Shown: positions 35,573 through 47,599 of the stretch, in pieces | How the letters are laid out: every line of letters begins with the position of its first letter | Position numbering within the stretch: the stretch's first letter is position 1 | Assembly (NCBI GenBank): GCA_950097015.1 | Contig: CATNEN010000002.1 | Span: 8,184,001 to 8,248,000 of the forward strand | DNA length: 64,000 nucleotides | Origin: Macrostomum hystrix | Lineage: Eukaryota; Animalia; Platyhelminthes | Reading direction: 5' to 3' | Made by a program: the position numbers and the translations under genes | Notes under the pieces: generated by a model | The model's input: only the letters and a program-made list of their open reading frames with translations | Database searches by the model: none | Told to the model about the DNA's origin: nothing

Positions 35573-38500
35573 ATGGCCAGGCCTCCGCTGGTGCTGCTGC
35601 TGCTTCTCATCCTGACTGCCGTCAGCTTTGGTAAGTGTTGCACCTGTGCTCACTGTCCTCACATGCACCTGTGCTCACTGCCCTCACATGCACCTGTGCT
35701 CACTGTCCTCACATGCACCTGTGCTCACTGCCCTCACATGCACCTGTGCTCACTGCCCTCACATGCACCTGTGCTCACTGTCCTCACATGCACCTGTGCT
35801 CACTGCCCTCACATGCACCTGTGCTCACTGCCCTCTCATGCACCTGTGCTCACTGCCCTCACATGCACCTGTGCTCACTGCACTCACATGCACCTGTGCT
35901 CACTGCCCTCACATGCACCTGTGCTCACTGCCCTCACATGCACCTGTGCTCACTGCCCTCACATGCACCTGTGCTCACTGCCCTCACATGCACCTGTGCT
36001 CACTGCCCTCACATGCACCTGTGCTCACTGCCCTCACATGCTCTTCTGATTGCAGACAGCTTTCAGGCAATCAACTGTTTTATTCGGAGCGGGACATCAA
36101 CAACAGACAATGGGACGACTCAGTCCTGTGGGTCAGCCACTGGGTGCTACTCAGTCACAACCAATGGGGTAAGATTGAATTGTCTGCTGATTTGTTTTTT
36201 GTTTTCTGTTTTCCCTTGAAGTTACCTTTTCAAAGCGCCCGCCATCAATGACTCATCATTCCAGCTAAGATTTGCAGGCTGCACCAGCAATGGCCTGTGC
36301 CTCAGTTCAGGCCAGGACTGCTACGTGTGCAGCACGGACTACTGCAACAGCGTGACCCCCTCCTCCATCAGCTGCTTCTACCGCTCAGGATCTTCCAGCA
36401 GCACCGACAATGGCATTGTGGTCGCCTGCCACTCCGGGGTCTCAGCCTGTTACTCCTACATGGGATCGGTGAGTTGAGCTGAGAAGCTAAACTAAATTAG
36501 CTCCACTTGAAAAGGTGTGCGCGTTTCTCCAGTGCAGTTCACTTTTTTCTATATGTCAATATGAAGAATGTTTGTTTTCATTGGTAGCAAAGTCTTTGTT
36601 AGCTGATTTGATTGCTAATGTTGCTGTGTACTTCAAGCGGGTGTCGATTTTGAGCTGACAGTCAATGACTTGCTGAACTCGCTCCTCGGGACCTTACTGA
36701 AGGATTGATTCAACAGCTGGGAGCGGCTGGCGAAGCGGAGGTGGTGGGTGAGGAATGAGCCCAGCGCTCAAGGTGAAGAATGGGATGTGGGAATTTCGGT
36801 ATTTAGAGCGCTTTTGAATAGAACTTTCTTGACAGTAGATCGACCTGTGCCTTTGAAATTGTAGGGATCATCTGGCGGCGGCAGCTATGCCGGCTGTGGC
36901 AACATCAGCACCAATGACTATGTTCAGCTGTTCACCTGCAACTCCAGCTTGTGCAACTCCCGAACACCGTCAGCCATCAGCTGCTATGCGGCATCAAGAT
37001 CTCCTGGTTCAACCAACATCGGATCTGCGGTGACCTGTCCTACTGGATTTAGGACATGCCATATCTATGACTACTTCTTATCGGTAATTCTCCCACCGGG
37101 ATTCTACAACATTTAGAACATTTATCATTTAGAACAAGAAAAAAAGTAAGCGAGACACCACATAAGCCTGGAAAAGGCAAGAAGAATGAGCATGGCAGAG
37201 GCAAGAAGAATGAGCATAGCAGAGGCAAGAAGAATGAGCATGGCAGAGGCAAGAAGAATGAGCATGGCAGAGGCAAGAAGAATGAGCATGGCAGAGGCAA
37301 GAAGAATGAGCATGGCAGAGGCAAGAAGAATGAGCATGGCAGAGGCAAGAAGAATGAGCATGGCAGGGGCAAGAAGAATGAGCATGGCAGAGGCAAGAAG
37401 AATGAGCATGGCAGAGGCAAGAAGAATGAGCATGGCTTCGAGTTAAGAAGAATGAGCATGGCAGAGGCAAGAAGAATGAGCATAGCAGAGGCAAGAAGAA
37501 TGAGCATGGCAGAGGCAAGAAGAATGAGCATGGCAGAGGCAAGAAGAATGAGCATGGCAGTGGCAAGAAGAATGAGCATGGCAGAGGCAAGAAGAATGAG
37601 CATGGCAGAGGCAAGAAGAATGAGCATGGCAGAGGCAAGAAGAATGAGCATGGCAGAGGCAAGAAGAATGAGCAGGGCTTCGAGTTAAGAAATAAATTCT
37701 GCTTGGGGTAACTAATCGGGTTCAACTGGGAATCAGGAAAACCGAATGAAAAAGCAGACAGCAGCTGAGATCAGTGGCAGAACTCGGTGTGACAGAGCTC
37801 AGATAAAACCAAAATGCAGGCAAATGAGCCGTGGATTGCCCCACCCTGTACTTCAGATTAGCTACAGCTACTATTATGGTGGCTGCGGCTCCTGCAACTC
37901 CACCGCAAATCCATCATGCGTGACCTGCAGCTCTGACCTGTGCAACTCAGCGACTCCTGCAGCCATCGGCTGCTATAAACGAGTACTACGTATTGGGGAT
38001 TCGATCAGCTATGGACAGCCCGAAACTTGTCAGCCAGGAATTAGCACCTGCTATTCGTTTGTTGCCTCCTATGTAGTAAGTTCCTATTATGAATGAGCTT
38101 TTCTGCCTACAGATTCTACATATAAAAATTCTGTATTAATACTACTCAATATTAGCTCATTTTCATTGTCAATATATATGGACAATTTCAGGGTTCGGCC
38201 CACTACTACGGTGGTTGCGGCGCCTGCAGCCCAGACACGATTCCGTCTTGTCAGACATGCACCAGTAACTACTGCAACACCATGGATACAGCCTCTCTCA
38301 CCTGCGCTATAATTAGAAACGGCTATAACTATAACAATAACCCTGTCTCCTGTCCCAGAGGAATAAACAGCTGCTACTCACTCACCAAACCCATTGTGAG
38401 CCCCTGAATATCAGCCAGTGTGCTCCGCTGTGATCTGCTCTGACATTTGCCTCTGCAAACACCAATTATTCCAGGGATGGCTGACGTCTAATGTCGACAA

Positions 38501-39960
38501 CCTCCTCGGTGGTTGCGGTGTCTGCACGCCGAAAACGAGCGCCCTCTACGGCTGCACAATGAGCAACACCAGCAACGGCACCTCCGTGGCCCCAGCAACA
38601 ACTGGCAGCGCAGCCAATCCGAGCGGAAACCCGACCAACTCGCCAAGCACAGGTACCGTAGCAGGTGGCTTCAGCACAACTGGCAGCCCAGCCAATCCGA
38701 GCGGAAACCCGACCAACTCGCCAAGCACAGGTACCGTAGCAGGTGGCTTCAGCACAACTGGCAGCCCAGCCAATCCGAGCGGAAACCCGACCAACTCGCC
38801 AAGCACAGGTACCGTAGCAGGTGGCTTCAGCACAACTGGCAGCCCAGCCAATCCGAGCGGAAACCCGACCAACTCGCCAAGCACAGGTACCGCAGCAGGT
38901 GGCTTCAGCGCAACTGGCAGCCCAGCCAATCCGAGCGGAAACCCGACCAACTCGCCAAGCACAGGTACCGTAGCAGGTGGCTTCAGCACAACTGGCAGCC
39001 CAGCCAATCCGAGCGGAAACCCGACCAACTCGCCAAGCACAGGTACCGCAGCAGGTGTCTTCAGCACAACTGGCAGCCCAGCCAATCCGAGCGGAAACCC
39101 GACCAACTCGCCAAGCACAGGTACCGCAGCAGGTGGCTTCAGCTGCTACAATGGCTTCGGTGAGACTGGCGTCAACAGCCCACAGACTGTCAGCTGTCCG
39201 TCATCGAGCACATGCTTCGACTACATCATTAGCTACGGAGTGAAGAATGTGAGGCTGAAAAATGTTTTGTTATAAAAAAACTGAAGCTTTGGAGGGCTAT
39301 TAAACGATCAGTTTGAACTTAAGAATAAATAACACGACACACCAAACAAAAATTAGTTTAACGAATCAGCTGTTTCAATTGGTTTAATTTTACATTGAAA
39401 ATAATATAATGAGCCTGCTCAATCACATTGCCTGCATCGTCTCACCTGCAGTTCTACTTCTCAGCCTGCTCAATCACATCAGCTCCATCCTCTCACCTGC
39501 AGTTCTACTTCTCAGGCTGTGGCAGCTGCCAGTTCAGCAGCGGCGCCGACTGTCGCACCTGCAGCTCGAGCTTGTGCAACTCACCTCGGAGAAAGTCCGG
39601 CACGAGATGCTACTTCAGCTTCGGTGACAGTGCGCAGAGCAAATCCGTGGTCGACTGTCCGTCATCCAGCAGCTGCTTCAACTACACCTACAATTACGGA
39701 CTGGCCAAGGTGAGTTCTTGTGCTCAGCCTCATTCTGCTGTGAGTTCACATGAGTTTGAGCATTGCTGGTGATCTGCGAACCCGCGCATTTTCAGCTCGT
39801 CCTTGCCGGCTGCGGCAACTGCACATTCAACAGCGGCACGACGAACTGCCGCACCTGCTTCACCGACCTCTGCAACTCGGGCTCCGCACTGGGCTGCTCC
39901 GCTGCTGCTGCTGCTGCTGCTGCTGTGGTCTTTGGACTGAACTTCTTGAAGCTCTTCTGA
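35573..39960 (+). CDS. Multi-Ly6/uPAR protein, copy B, apparently complete (7 domains, mucin-like stalk, GPI-type tail); exons 35573-35630, 36056-36168, 36265-36468, 36865-37083, 37857-38075, 38192-38395, 38475-39248, 39503-39709, 39796-39960
   Basis: Nine GT-AG exons in phase; signal peptide; seven Cys domains; seven 26-aa S/T/P/G/N repeats; CNSGSALGCS followed by poly-Ala and VVFGLNFLKLF as a hydrophobic C-terminus. Confidence 0.85.
35641..36040. repeat. 25-bp minisatellite in intron 1 of copy B (16 copies)
   Basis: Same unit as 28151-28350. Confidence 0.95.
37176..37678. repeat. 24-bp minisatellite in intron 4 of copy B
   Basis: Same unit as 30174-31259. Confidence 0.95.
38612..39145 (+). 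repeat. 78-bp coding tandem repeat (NPSGNPTNSPSTGTVAGGFSTTGSPA), 7 copies
   Basis: In-frame within exon 7 of copy B. Confidence 0.95.
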
Positions 39961-40819
39961 AGCTTCATTTTCTGAGAAACTGTGAATTACGAGCTCGTAT
40001 CACGTGACTTTTTGCCTCAGTTTGACTGCAAACTCGCTTCTGCTTTCGGTTCACTTCTGAGCCACTGACAGGTCGCACTTTCAGGATTGCTGTCTGCCAG
40101 TTGGGAGTGTCTGATGACACAATTTTATTTTAAACTGAATTATTCAAGGTTTCACGTTGCTGATTCGTTCCTCCTACAAATTATTTTATTCTTGCGTTTC
40201 ACATTACATGAATATTCAAAACGTTTTCAATCCAGTATTTATTGATCCAGTTCAATCCTGCTCAAATCACATGCATCAACGGCTCTGAACAATGTCCAAC
40301 ACGAACAATCAGAATTGAGCTTTTCATTTCTTGAAGTATTACCACCCAAAATACACTGAATTCAGGCGAAAGTTAATTCGTATCTAATCCACGAGCTCAA
40401 GAAACGACTCCAGAGGACCAACTGCTCATCGTACTCATTTATTCCAGTCAGGCGTGTTTGCCTGCTCTCGCGCTAGTCATTGTGGCTGTTGAGAAGACCC
40501 TGCGCGGTCTCATGATATCCAACGCGTGCCCTCTAGGGTTCGGGTTCGAAGGTCCCATGTGCGTCTGCAGCAACACGTAGACATTGACACAGGGTGACCT
40601 GTGCCGATTCAGCGAACAGATGGCCGCCAAGCTGTCCCTATAAACAGCGATTTCAGCGCCCTGGAAATTTTGATTGCTGAGTATCTGCTATTAGGCAGCT
40701 ATTATCAATTTATGCTTTTATTAGTGGAGTAAGTCAAGCAATGAGTCATGCCTCTGATATATAGCTTGCTCATTCATGACTGGCTGACCTGAGCACAAAG
40801 GAACACAATTCCTAAACTG

Positions 40820-42765
40820 TTGATCCAAAGGGGGTCTCTGCGGACAGAAATCAAAGATCTAACCAATCCGACGGGACACAAGGCAGCGTCGGACCAGGGC
40901 GTCCAGGCGGAGATCGAAGCCGCAGAGAGGTGCATTCGACTGCTGGAGCTTCAAGCGAAAGAGTGGCAACTCAGAAGGAGAAGGGAAATATTCCTAGGGC
41001 AACTCAGAAGATGCCCAAGCAGCGGATGACCTCGAACCTCGTTCGGTGCCCGAGAGCCATGAGAACTTCGGTGAGTTTCTGACTGCAGTCTGCAATAATG
41101 CTACCCCGGGTCATATTCCAAAGTCCTAAGTAGACGGAATTAGACAACAGAAGCAGGCGCTGCTCATCACTGACTTCCTGGGAGACGCGTCTCGACCGGC
41201 CGACGCGGTGCTGGCCCAGGGTGCAGATGGCCAACTTGTGCTGCGCGGAGCCAAGGGAAAAAACCTGAAACCTAAACTAGTGTCCATTGGGCAGTGGATC
41301 ATGGCGAACGCTCGAATCCTCGAATGCCTCCTAAAGTCAGGGCAGCTCAGCGAGCAGTCAGTCTCGGAATACCTACAATACAACATACCTACAGTCGGCG
41401 AGCTCCTTGACTGTGGTTACGAGATAGCTCGGGTGATGCGATTTGATGACAGCTTTCGATGCACTCAAGCCTCAATGGGATGCTCCTGGGCTCAGCAGAA
41501 CTTATCGCTCATCGCCCGGCATCTGGCGGCCCCACAATCGACTGGGACAAAACAGCGCCCGTCAAAGCCACAGGCTATGGCCAGAACAGCGCAAGGCATC
41601 CCAGTCTGCCGAGCCTTCAACCTTCCAGCTGGTTGCCGCTTTCCCAACTGCAAGTACGCGCATGTGTGCCGCATCTGCCTGCAGCCGGACCATACTGAGT
41701 CCCGTCACGGAACTGGCGGGATGTCAGCGGCAAAAAACTAGGGCACGGCGGGGCCACGTACTCCGCCGAATGCGCCCCGACGGGGCCTCCTGATTTTAAG
41801 CCAGCTTTTATTTCCGACACGCAGCGCAGCAGCAGCGCCAATATGAATTTAGCTGCGTGGTCCAAAATGCTCGAGGGCGACATCGACCGCGAATTCTAAT
41901 GCAAGGCCTCCGCGACGGATTCCGCCTGACGACGGATAACGCGTTTCGTCAAACCGAAGTCGAAAATTACGGCTCATGCAGGCTGAACGTGAATCAGGTC
42001 GAGAAGCAGATTCAATGTGAGATTGAGATGGGTCGCTACCTTCGCGTCACGGTTAAACCCACGAAAGCCTCAGCCCATTGAGAAGACGGATGGAAATGTT
42101 CGGCTCATCCATGACTGCAGCGCACCGGAGGGCGATAGCGTGAATTCCCACTTCACCGCTCCTTACAAGATAAAGTTTGACACGATCAGCGACCTCGTTT
42201 CAAAGCTGCAGCCGGGAGCTTTCATGGCCAATATCGACTTGAAGGAAGCGTACCGAGCCGTGCCAGTTCACCCGTCTAACTGGGACGTGCTCGTTCTCAA
42301 ATGGAAGTTCGGCAACAGAACTCGGCCTACCTACCTGGTGGACACCCGCCTGCCGTTTGGGGCAGCAGCGTCCGTGTACCACTTCAACCGGCTATCGCAG
42401 GCCATCACCCGCGCCATGCAGCGCAGTGGCGTCAGCGGCATTTGTGGTTACATAGACGACTGGGCCGTCACGGCCCCGACCCATAGCGAGCGTTCAGAGA
42501 CCTATGAGCGCCTGCTAAATCTGGTCCAGGAGCTCGGCTTCGAAGTCAACTGGCAGAAGGTCATCCCACCCAGCCAGCGGCTTGTCTTCCTGGGCGTCGA
42601 GCTCGACACGCTTACAGGTCAGTTGAACCTGCCTGATGACAAGCGCCTGGCCCTGACTGAGTTGATCCGAGACTGCGGCGCAAGCAGCATCATCAGAAGC
42701 AAAAAACTTCAACGTCTATGCGGTAAACTGAGCTGGTTCTGCACCGTAGCCAACCAGCCTCGGGG
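40820..42765 (+). mobile_element. Tyrosine-recombinase retrotransposon (DIRS/Ngaro group) gag + RT, 3'-truncated and frameshifted
   Basis: Gag with CCCH and CCHC fingers (CRAFNLPAGCRFPNCKYAHVCRICLQPDH). RT motifs RLIHDCS.P.G.SVN, IDLKEAYR, RLPFG, YIDD and LVFLGVELDT. RNase H and recombinase are absent. Confidence 0.85.
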
Positions 42766-43110
42766 GCTGCGGATGGGGGCGTTCAGCTCGTCATGCCAGA
42801 AGTGGCGTTCGAAGCCGCGGTTGCAGCTCAGCATGTGGTCGCTAAACTCGTCGAGTGCCTCGCGGCACTCGCAGACTCCAGGAGCCGCAACCGGCAGGCC
42901 GAGGCGCAGACCGAGTGAAGTGGACAGTTCAATGTCCGTCAGGCGTGTCCCAACCCGGCTCCTCGGCAGGTCGATTATTAATTTTGAGTTCTCTCCGCGA
43001 CACCTCGTAGCTTCATCTCCAACGTCCACACACTCTAAACCTCTTTCCATATATTGTTTAACCTGGCTCTTAAGTCGAGCATTCTTCTCACAATGCCTGA
43101 TACCCTCTTG
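42766..43110 (-). mobile_element. Second copy of the CRE-like fragment (internally deleted)
   Basis: High similarity to 34497-34710 and 34915-35052; ends at the same ATACCCTCTTGAA. Confidence 0.8.
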
Positions 43111-44040
43111 AACAACAACAACAACAAAATACGCGGTCAACAACAAAAAAGCAGCGTCACAGTGCACGCTTCAGAGCCTGGGCGCGAACGAAGGCCGCAC
43201 CGCCGGCAGTGTCCGGGGCGCCAGCATCGGCAAGCAGGCAGTCGACGAAACGCCGAGTTCGGGCCTGGCCGCGCCGGTAGGGTGCCTGCAGCGTTAGCAG
43301 CAGCACCTCCTGCACCGGCTGCGGGCAGTAGGACTCGGCGCGGATGATATGGCCTGCCAGCTGGAGTCACCGAAGTCGCAGCAATTCACTTGGACGGGCC
43401 AGGCCGGCGCGGCGATAGAGTGCCGCGTTAGTGATCCGCTCGTCGCTGATCTTAAAGGCGGCGCGCAGCAGGCCAGCGTGCGCCGCGTTGACTTGCTGTT
43501 CGAGCGAATCTGTCAGCGTCCAGGTAGGTCTCGGCGTTGTACAACAGGACGGTCTCGACCACCGCCTGGAACAGCGCCGCCCACTGGCGATCAGGTAGCG
43601 CCTCGGACTGCAGGACTGCCCTCACAGAACGAAAGGCAGCTCAAGCGTACCTGCGGCGACGCCGCAGATCTTCGCGGACATCAGGTACCAGACCGCCGAG
43701 GTAGACGAACTGCTGATAGCGCGGAAGCTCCGTTATCTGCCCGTCAGCGCCTCGGCAGAAAATTACGGCCACGATGTCGCCCGGCACGCAGAGCACAACG
43801 GTCTTCTTCGTGTTGACCAACAGGCCGACACTCGCTGCAGTGCTAACCAACTTGTCCAGCTGGCGCTGGGCGCCCTCTACGGTCGAGGACAGCAGGGCGA
43901 GGTCAACGGCGTAGCCAAGCACGCTGAGCCGTTTCTCCGTTTGACGTCGACCCACGCGTCGCCGCAGTAGGAAGCCGTCTTCGTCGGTAGGAAGAGCAGT
44001 TCGTAGCACCCAGTCAAGCACCAGGACGAACAGGAACGGT
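43111..44040 (-). mobile_element. 5'-truncated LINE (RTE-like) with (TTG)n tail
   Basis: GYAVDLALLS...VGLLVNTKKT...FVYLG RT C-terminal motifs (YADD decayed); (AAC)n on the + strand at 43111-43127. Clade assignment is tentative. Confidence 0.75.
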
Positions 44041-44071
44041 GATCAGCGATCGCTTTTGCTGCCATTCTCAG

Positions 44072-46491
44072 GTAAGCTATGCCGGCTGTGCTAATAGAAG
44101 CCAATGTCCGACAGCAGCTAACAATTGCTACCTGTGCTTGACTGACTACTGCAACACCATGACGCTTTCATCTATCAGCTGCTTCTACCGCTCCGCATCA
44201 CCTAGCAGCAGCAACGATGGAACAATGGTCACATGCCACACAGGGGTCTCGACCTGCTTCTCCTGCATGGAAGCTGTAGGCATGACGATACCAATATGTA
44301 GTGCCTGTGTTCCTGAGTCTGCTGGGCAGTGTCGGCTGCCCGCCAGGCCCTTGTTTCAGGCCGGTTTGGTTGGCTCGAATTTGGCCTCGCCATCTCACAC
44401 CCTCTTCCCCCGTCTCTGCTCTGTGTACCCTGACTTAAGTACCCTGTGTCGCCACCTGATTGGCTGAGTGCAGGCATTGTCTGTCAACCCTTACCCCAGC
44501 ACTGCGTGGCATTGCCCGTCCACTTGGCCGGCGCGTACAACCCTACCCCTCCCTGCGCGCTGGTGGCTTGACTTTGGTAGTTGGTGCACCGCCTCGCCTG
44601 TCCGCTCCCCTCCCCCAGGTAGCTGCCCGATTTTTGCCATGTGCGCGTGCCGGGGCACCACTCTCGCCCTGGCGATCGCGTTGAAATTTAAGATTCGAAC
44701 CGAAAAGACGGTCGCTTACTGCGAAGACTCAAATTATTGCATGCAAATGCACCGAACTCGTCAAAGAACTGCGTCAACCTGCGTTCCGACCGGTAAAGCG
44801 CTGCATTTGTGTCTGTCTTTTCGGAGTGCCAGGTCAGTACTGTACGATCTTAATCTTACTGTAATCTAGAAAATGATTTTTAGACAGTTTTCGAAGCGTG
44901 TAAAATTTTCTAGCCTCACGAAACGCTGGTAAAATTCAAAACACAGCCTTCTGGTGGCTGCGGCCTGTGCAACGCTACGGCGAATCCTTCGTGTGTGACT
45001 TGCAGCTCCGACCTATGCAACACTGTGACACCTTCTGCCATCAGCTGCAATATGAGAGGACTCGATTCCCACTACTACCACATGACCAGCTATGGATCAG
45101 CAGTCAAGTGCCCAACAGGGATCACCACCTGCTTCACATTTACGGCTGTATATGTAAAGTTTTTTTCGGTTGAACAGCGCTTAATTAATACGAAGAATCT
45201 GCTTTCGAAGTGAAGTTTCCTAAACGTTTTTTGCAGTCCATAAACAGTGTGATGTACTTCAGTGGATCTGCAGAACAGACACAATTCCGTCATGTGTGAC
45301 GTGCAGCAGCAACAACTGCAATACACTGGACTATGAACCACTCACCTGCGCCCATATTTATCGAACGTGGAACCAAGACACTTTGAATGTGACCTATGCT
45401 CCGTGCGTCATGGGAATTCGTAGCTGCTACAATCTCTTAAGGCCAATAGTAAGGCTCTTTTATGCATATTACTATACCTTCGAGCTCAAACTAGATTTTT
45501 AGTTAAAGTGCAATCAATCAATTCAGGGTACTCTAGCACAGCCTTATGGCAACTCAATTGTGGACAGTCTTTTTGGCGGATGCGGTGTCTGCACGCCGAC
45601 AACAAGCGCCCTCTACGGCTGCAGAATGCACAACACCAGCAACTGCAACTCCGTGGCCCCAGCAACAACTGGCAGCCCAGCCAATCCGAGCGGAAACCCG
45701 ACCAACTCGCCAAGCACAGGTACCGCAGCAGGTGGCTTCAGCTGCTACAAGGGCTTTGGTGAGACTGGCGTCAGCAGCCCACAGACTGTCAGCTGTCCGT
45801 CATCAAGCACATGCTTCGACTACATCATTAGCTACGGAATGAAGAATGTGAGAGGAGCAACAACTGAAAAACAGTTTTTGCTGTGAAATCGGGAGCTTTG
45901 GCAGTCCAAATGAAATCAGTTTGGACGCACTAACTACTCGTAAAAGAATAATCAAACTAGTAAAAGCCTACCAAACAACTCTAAAAAATTCTACTCATCC
46001 TGCTCAATCAAAGCCGCTAAATATATCTTTCACCTGCAGTTCTACTTCTCAGGCTGTGGCAGCTGTCCCTTCAGCAGCGGCACCGACTGCCGCACGTGCA
46101 GCTCGAGCTTGTGCAACTCACCTCGGAGAAAGTCCGGCACGAGGTGCTACTTCGGTGACAGTGCGCAGAGCAAATCCGTGGTCGACTGTCCGTCATCCAG
46201 CAGCTGCTTCAACTACACCTACGATTCCGGAGTGACCAAGGTGAGTTCTTGTGCTCAGCCTCATTCTGCTGCGAGTTCACATGAGTTTGAGCATTGCTGG
46301 CGATCTGCGAACCGGCGAATTTTCAGCTCGTCCTTGCCGGCTGCGGCAACTGCACATTCGACAGCGGCACGACTAACTGCCGCACCTGCTTCACCGACCT
46401 CTGCAACTCGGGCTCCGCACTGGGCTGCTCCGCTGCTGCTGCTGCTGCTGTTGCTGTGGTCTTTGGACTGAACTTCTTGAAGCTCTTCTGA
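44072..46491 (+). pseudogene. Multi-Ly6/uPAR gene, copy C, lacking 5' exons; exons 44072-44275, 44947-45153, 45237-45448, 45527-45847, 46040-46240, 46327-46491
   Basis: Homologous GT-AG exons. No signal-peptide exon; exon 45237-45448 is 212 bp and frameshifted; a single 78-bp unit; the last two exons are nearly identical to copy B. Confidence 0.75.
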
Positions 46492-47126
46492 AGCTCCATT
46501 TTCTGAGAAACTGTGAAATTAATCATGACTTTTTGCCACAGTTTGACTGCAAGCTCTTATTTTGTTTTTGGTTCACTTCTGGGCAACTCCCTGGTCTCCC
46601 TTCAGAATTGATTTTAAGCCAGTTGTTTGTGTAATGTGGGAAATTTGAAATTTAACTGAAATATTCTAAATTACTCGCTATTGATTCCGTCCCCACCTAA
46701 AAGTATTTTTTCGTACTGCTTCTCCGTAATAACAGAACACTTGTTATTAATCAACTAGACATCGCTCAATATTGGCAAATAAGCTTCTTGCCAGAGCCAA
46801 ATCTAATACAAAATACTAATCTACTATGTAAGCGTTTGAAAAGCGCTTACATCGATGCTCCTTTCAATCAGCGACCTTCACCTGCATTTCGACCCACCCA
46901 GCGCTCAAAATAGACCTGAGCGGGCCAGACCAGCTGACCTGACGGCCTGGGAAGCAATGTCGCAGAGACCAAGAGCCTGTACACCCTATCAGCCTGCGAA
47001 CTCGTGCCAAGAATGCTCGCGGCTGGTGTGTTGGATGGGGGACCATGGCAACGCGGGGCAGAGAGATAACTGCTTGTGTGTAAAGCACTCCGACCCCCCC
47101 TACTGCTAAACACTGTGCGTTATTGC

Positions 47127-47503
47127 TTGAATATAATAATAATAATAATAATAACTGCCGGAGAGCTGCGGGCAATGGCACATCATTTAGTGACACTAGA
47201 CCCGCAGCCAGCGAGGAGGCGATTCTGCCCATTTCGCTGACTCCTGAGCACACACGCACACAGATGCTTTACGCAGGTACACGCTCACAAACGTGTGTAC
47301 ATCTGCCCTGACTTTCTCATCCTCAGGCAGTGTACACTCTCACTGTGTCTTGGAGAATGGCCCTCAAGGGCTTAAATTGCACGACCAGCCCCCAAGCCTT
47401 CTCTCCGCGGCTGCGCCCCAAATGAATGTGGCCTCATCTTGGATTCGAACTCATGGAACTTAGTGCTAGGGTTGGGCGTGTTTAACCGCTCTGCTAATTA
47501 ACC
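47127..47503 (-). mobile_element. tRNA-derived SINE, about 375 bp, with (TTA)n tail
   Basis: A box TAGCAGAGCGG and B box GAGTTCGAATCC on the minus strand; the 3' half is shared with 54001-54165. Confidence 0.8.
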
Positions 47504-47599
47504 TCCCAGAAAAAAATAGGTTTAAATTCCCTTGTCCCTAGGATCCCACCAAAAAGCAATCAAATGTAAGTCTTCATTTTTCGATATCAACTATCTAAG

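Noticed and set aside
47430-47503. Functional tRNA gene
   Set aside because: The acceptor stem does not pair, and the sequence continues into a repeat body with a TTA tail, so it is a SINE head.
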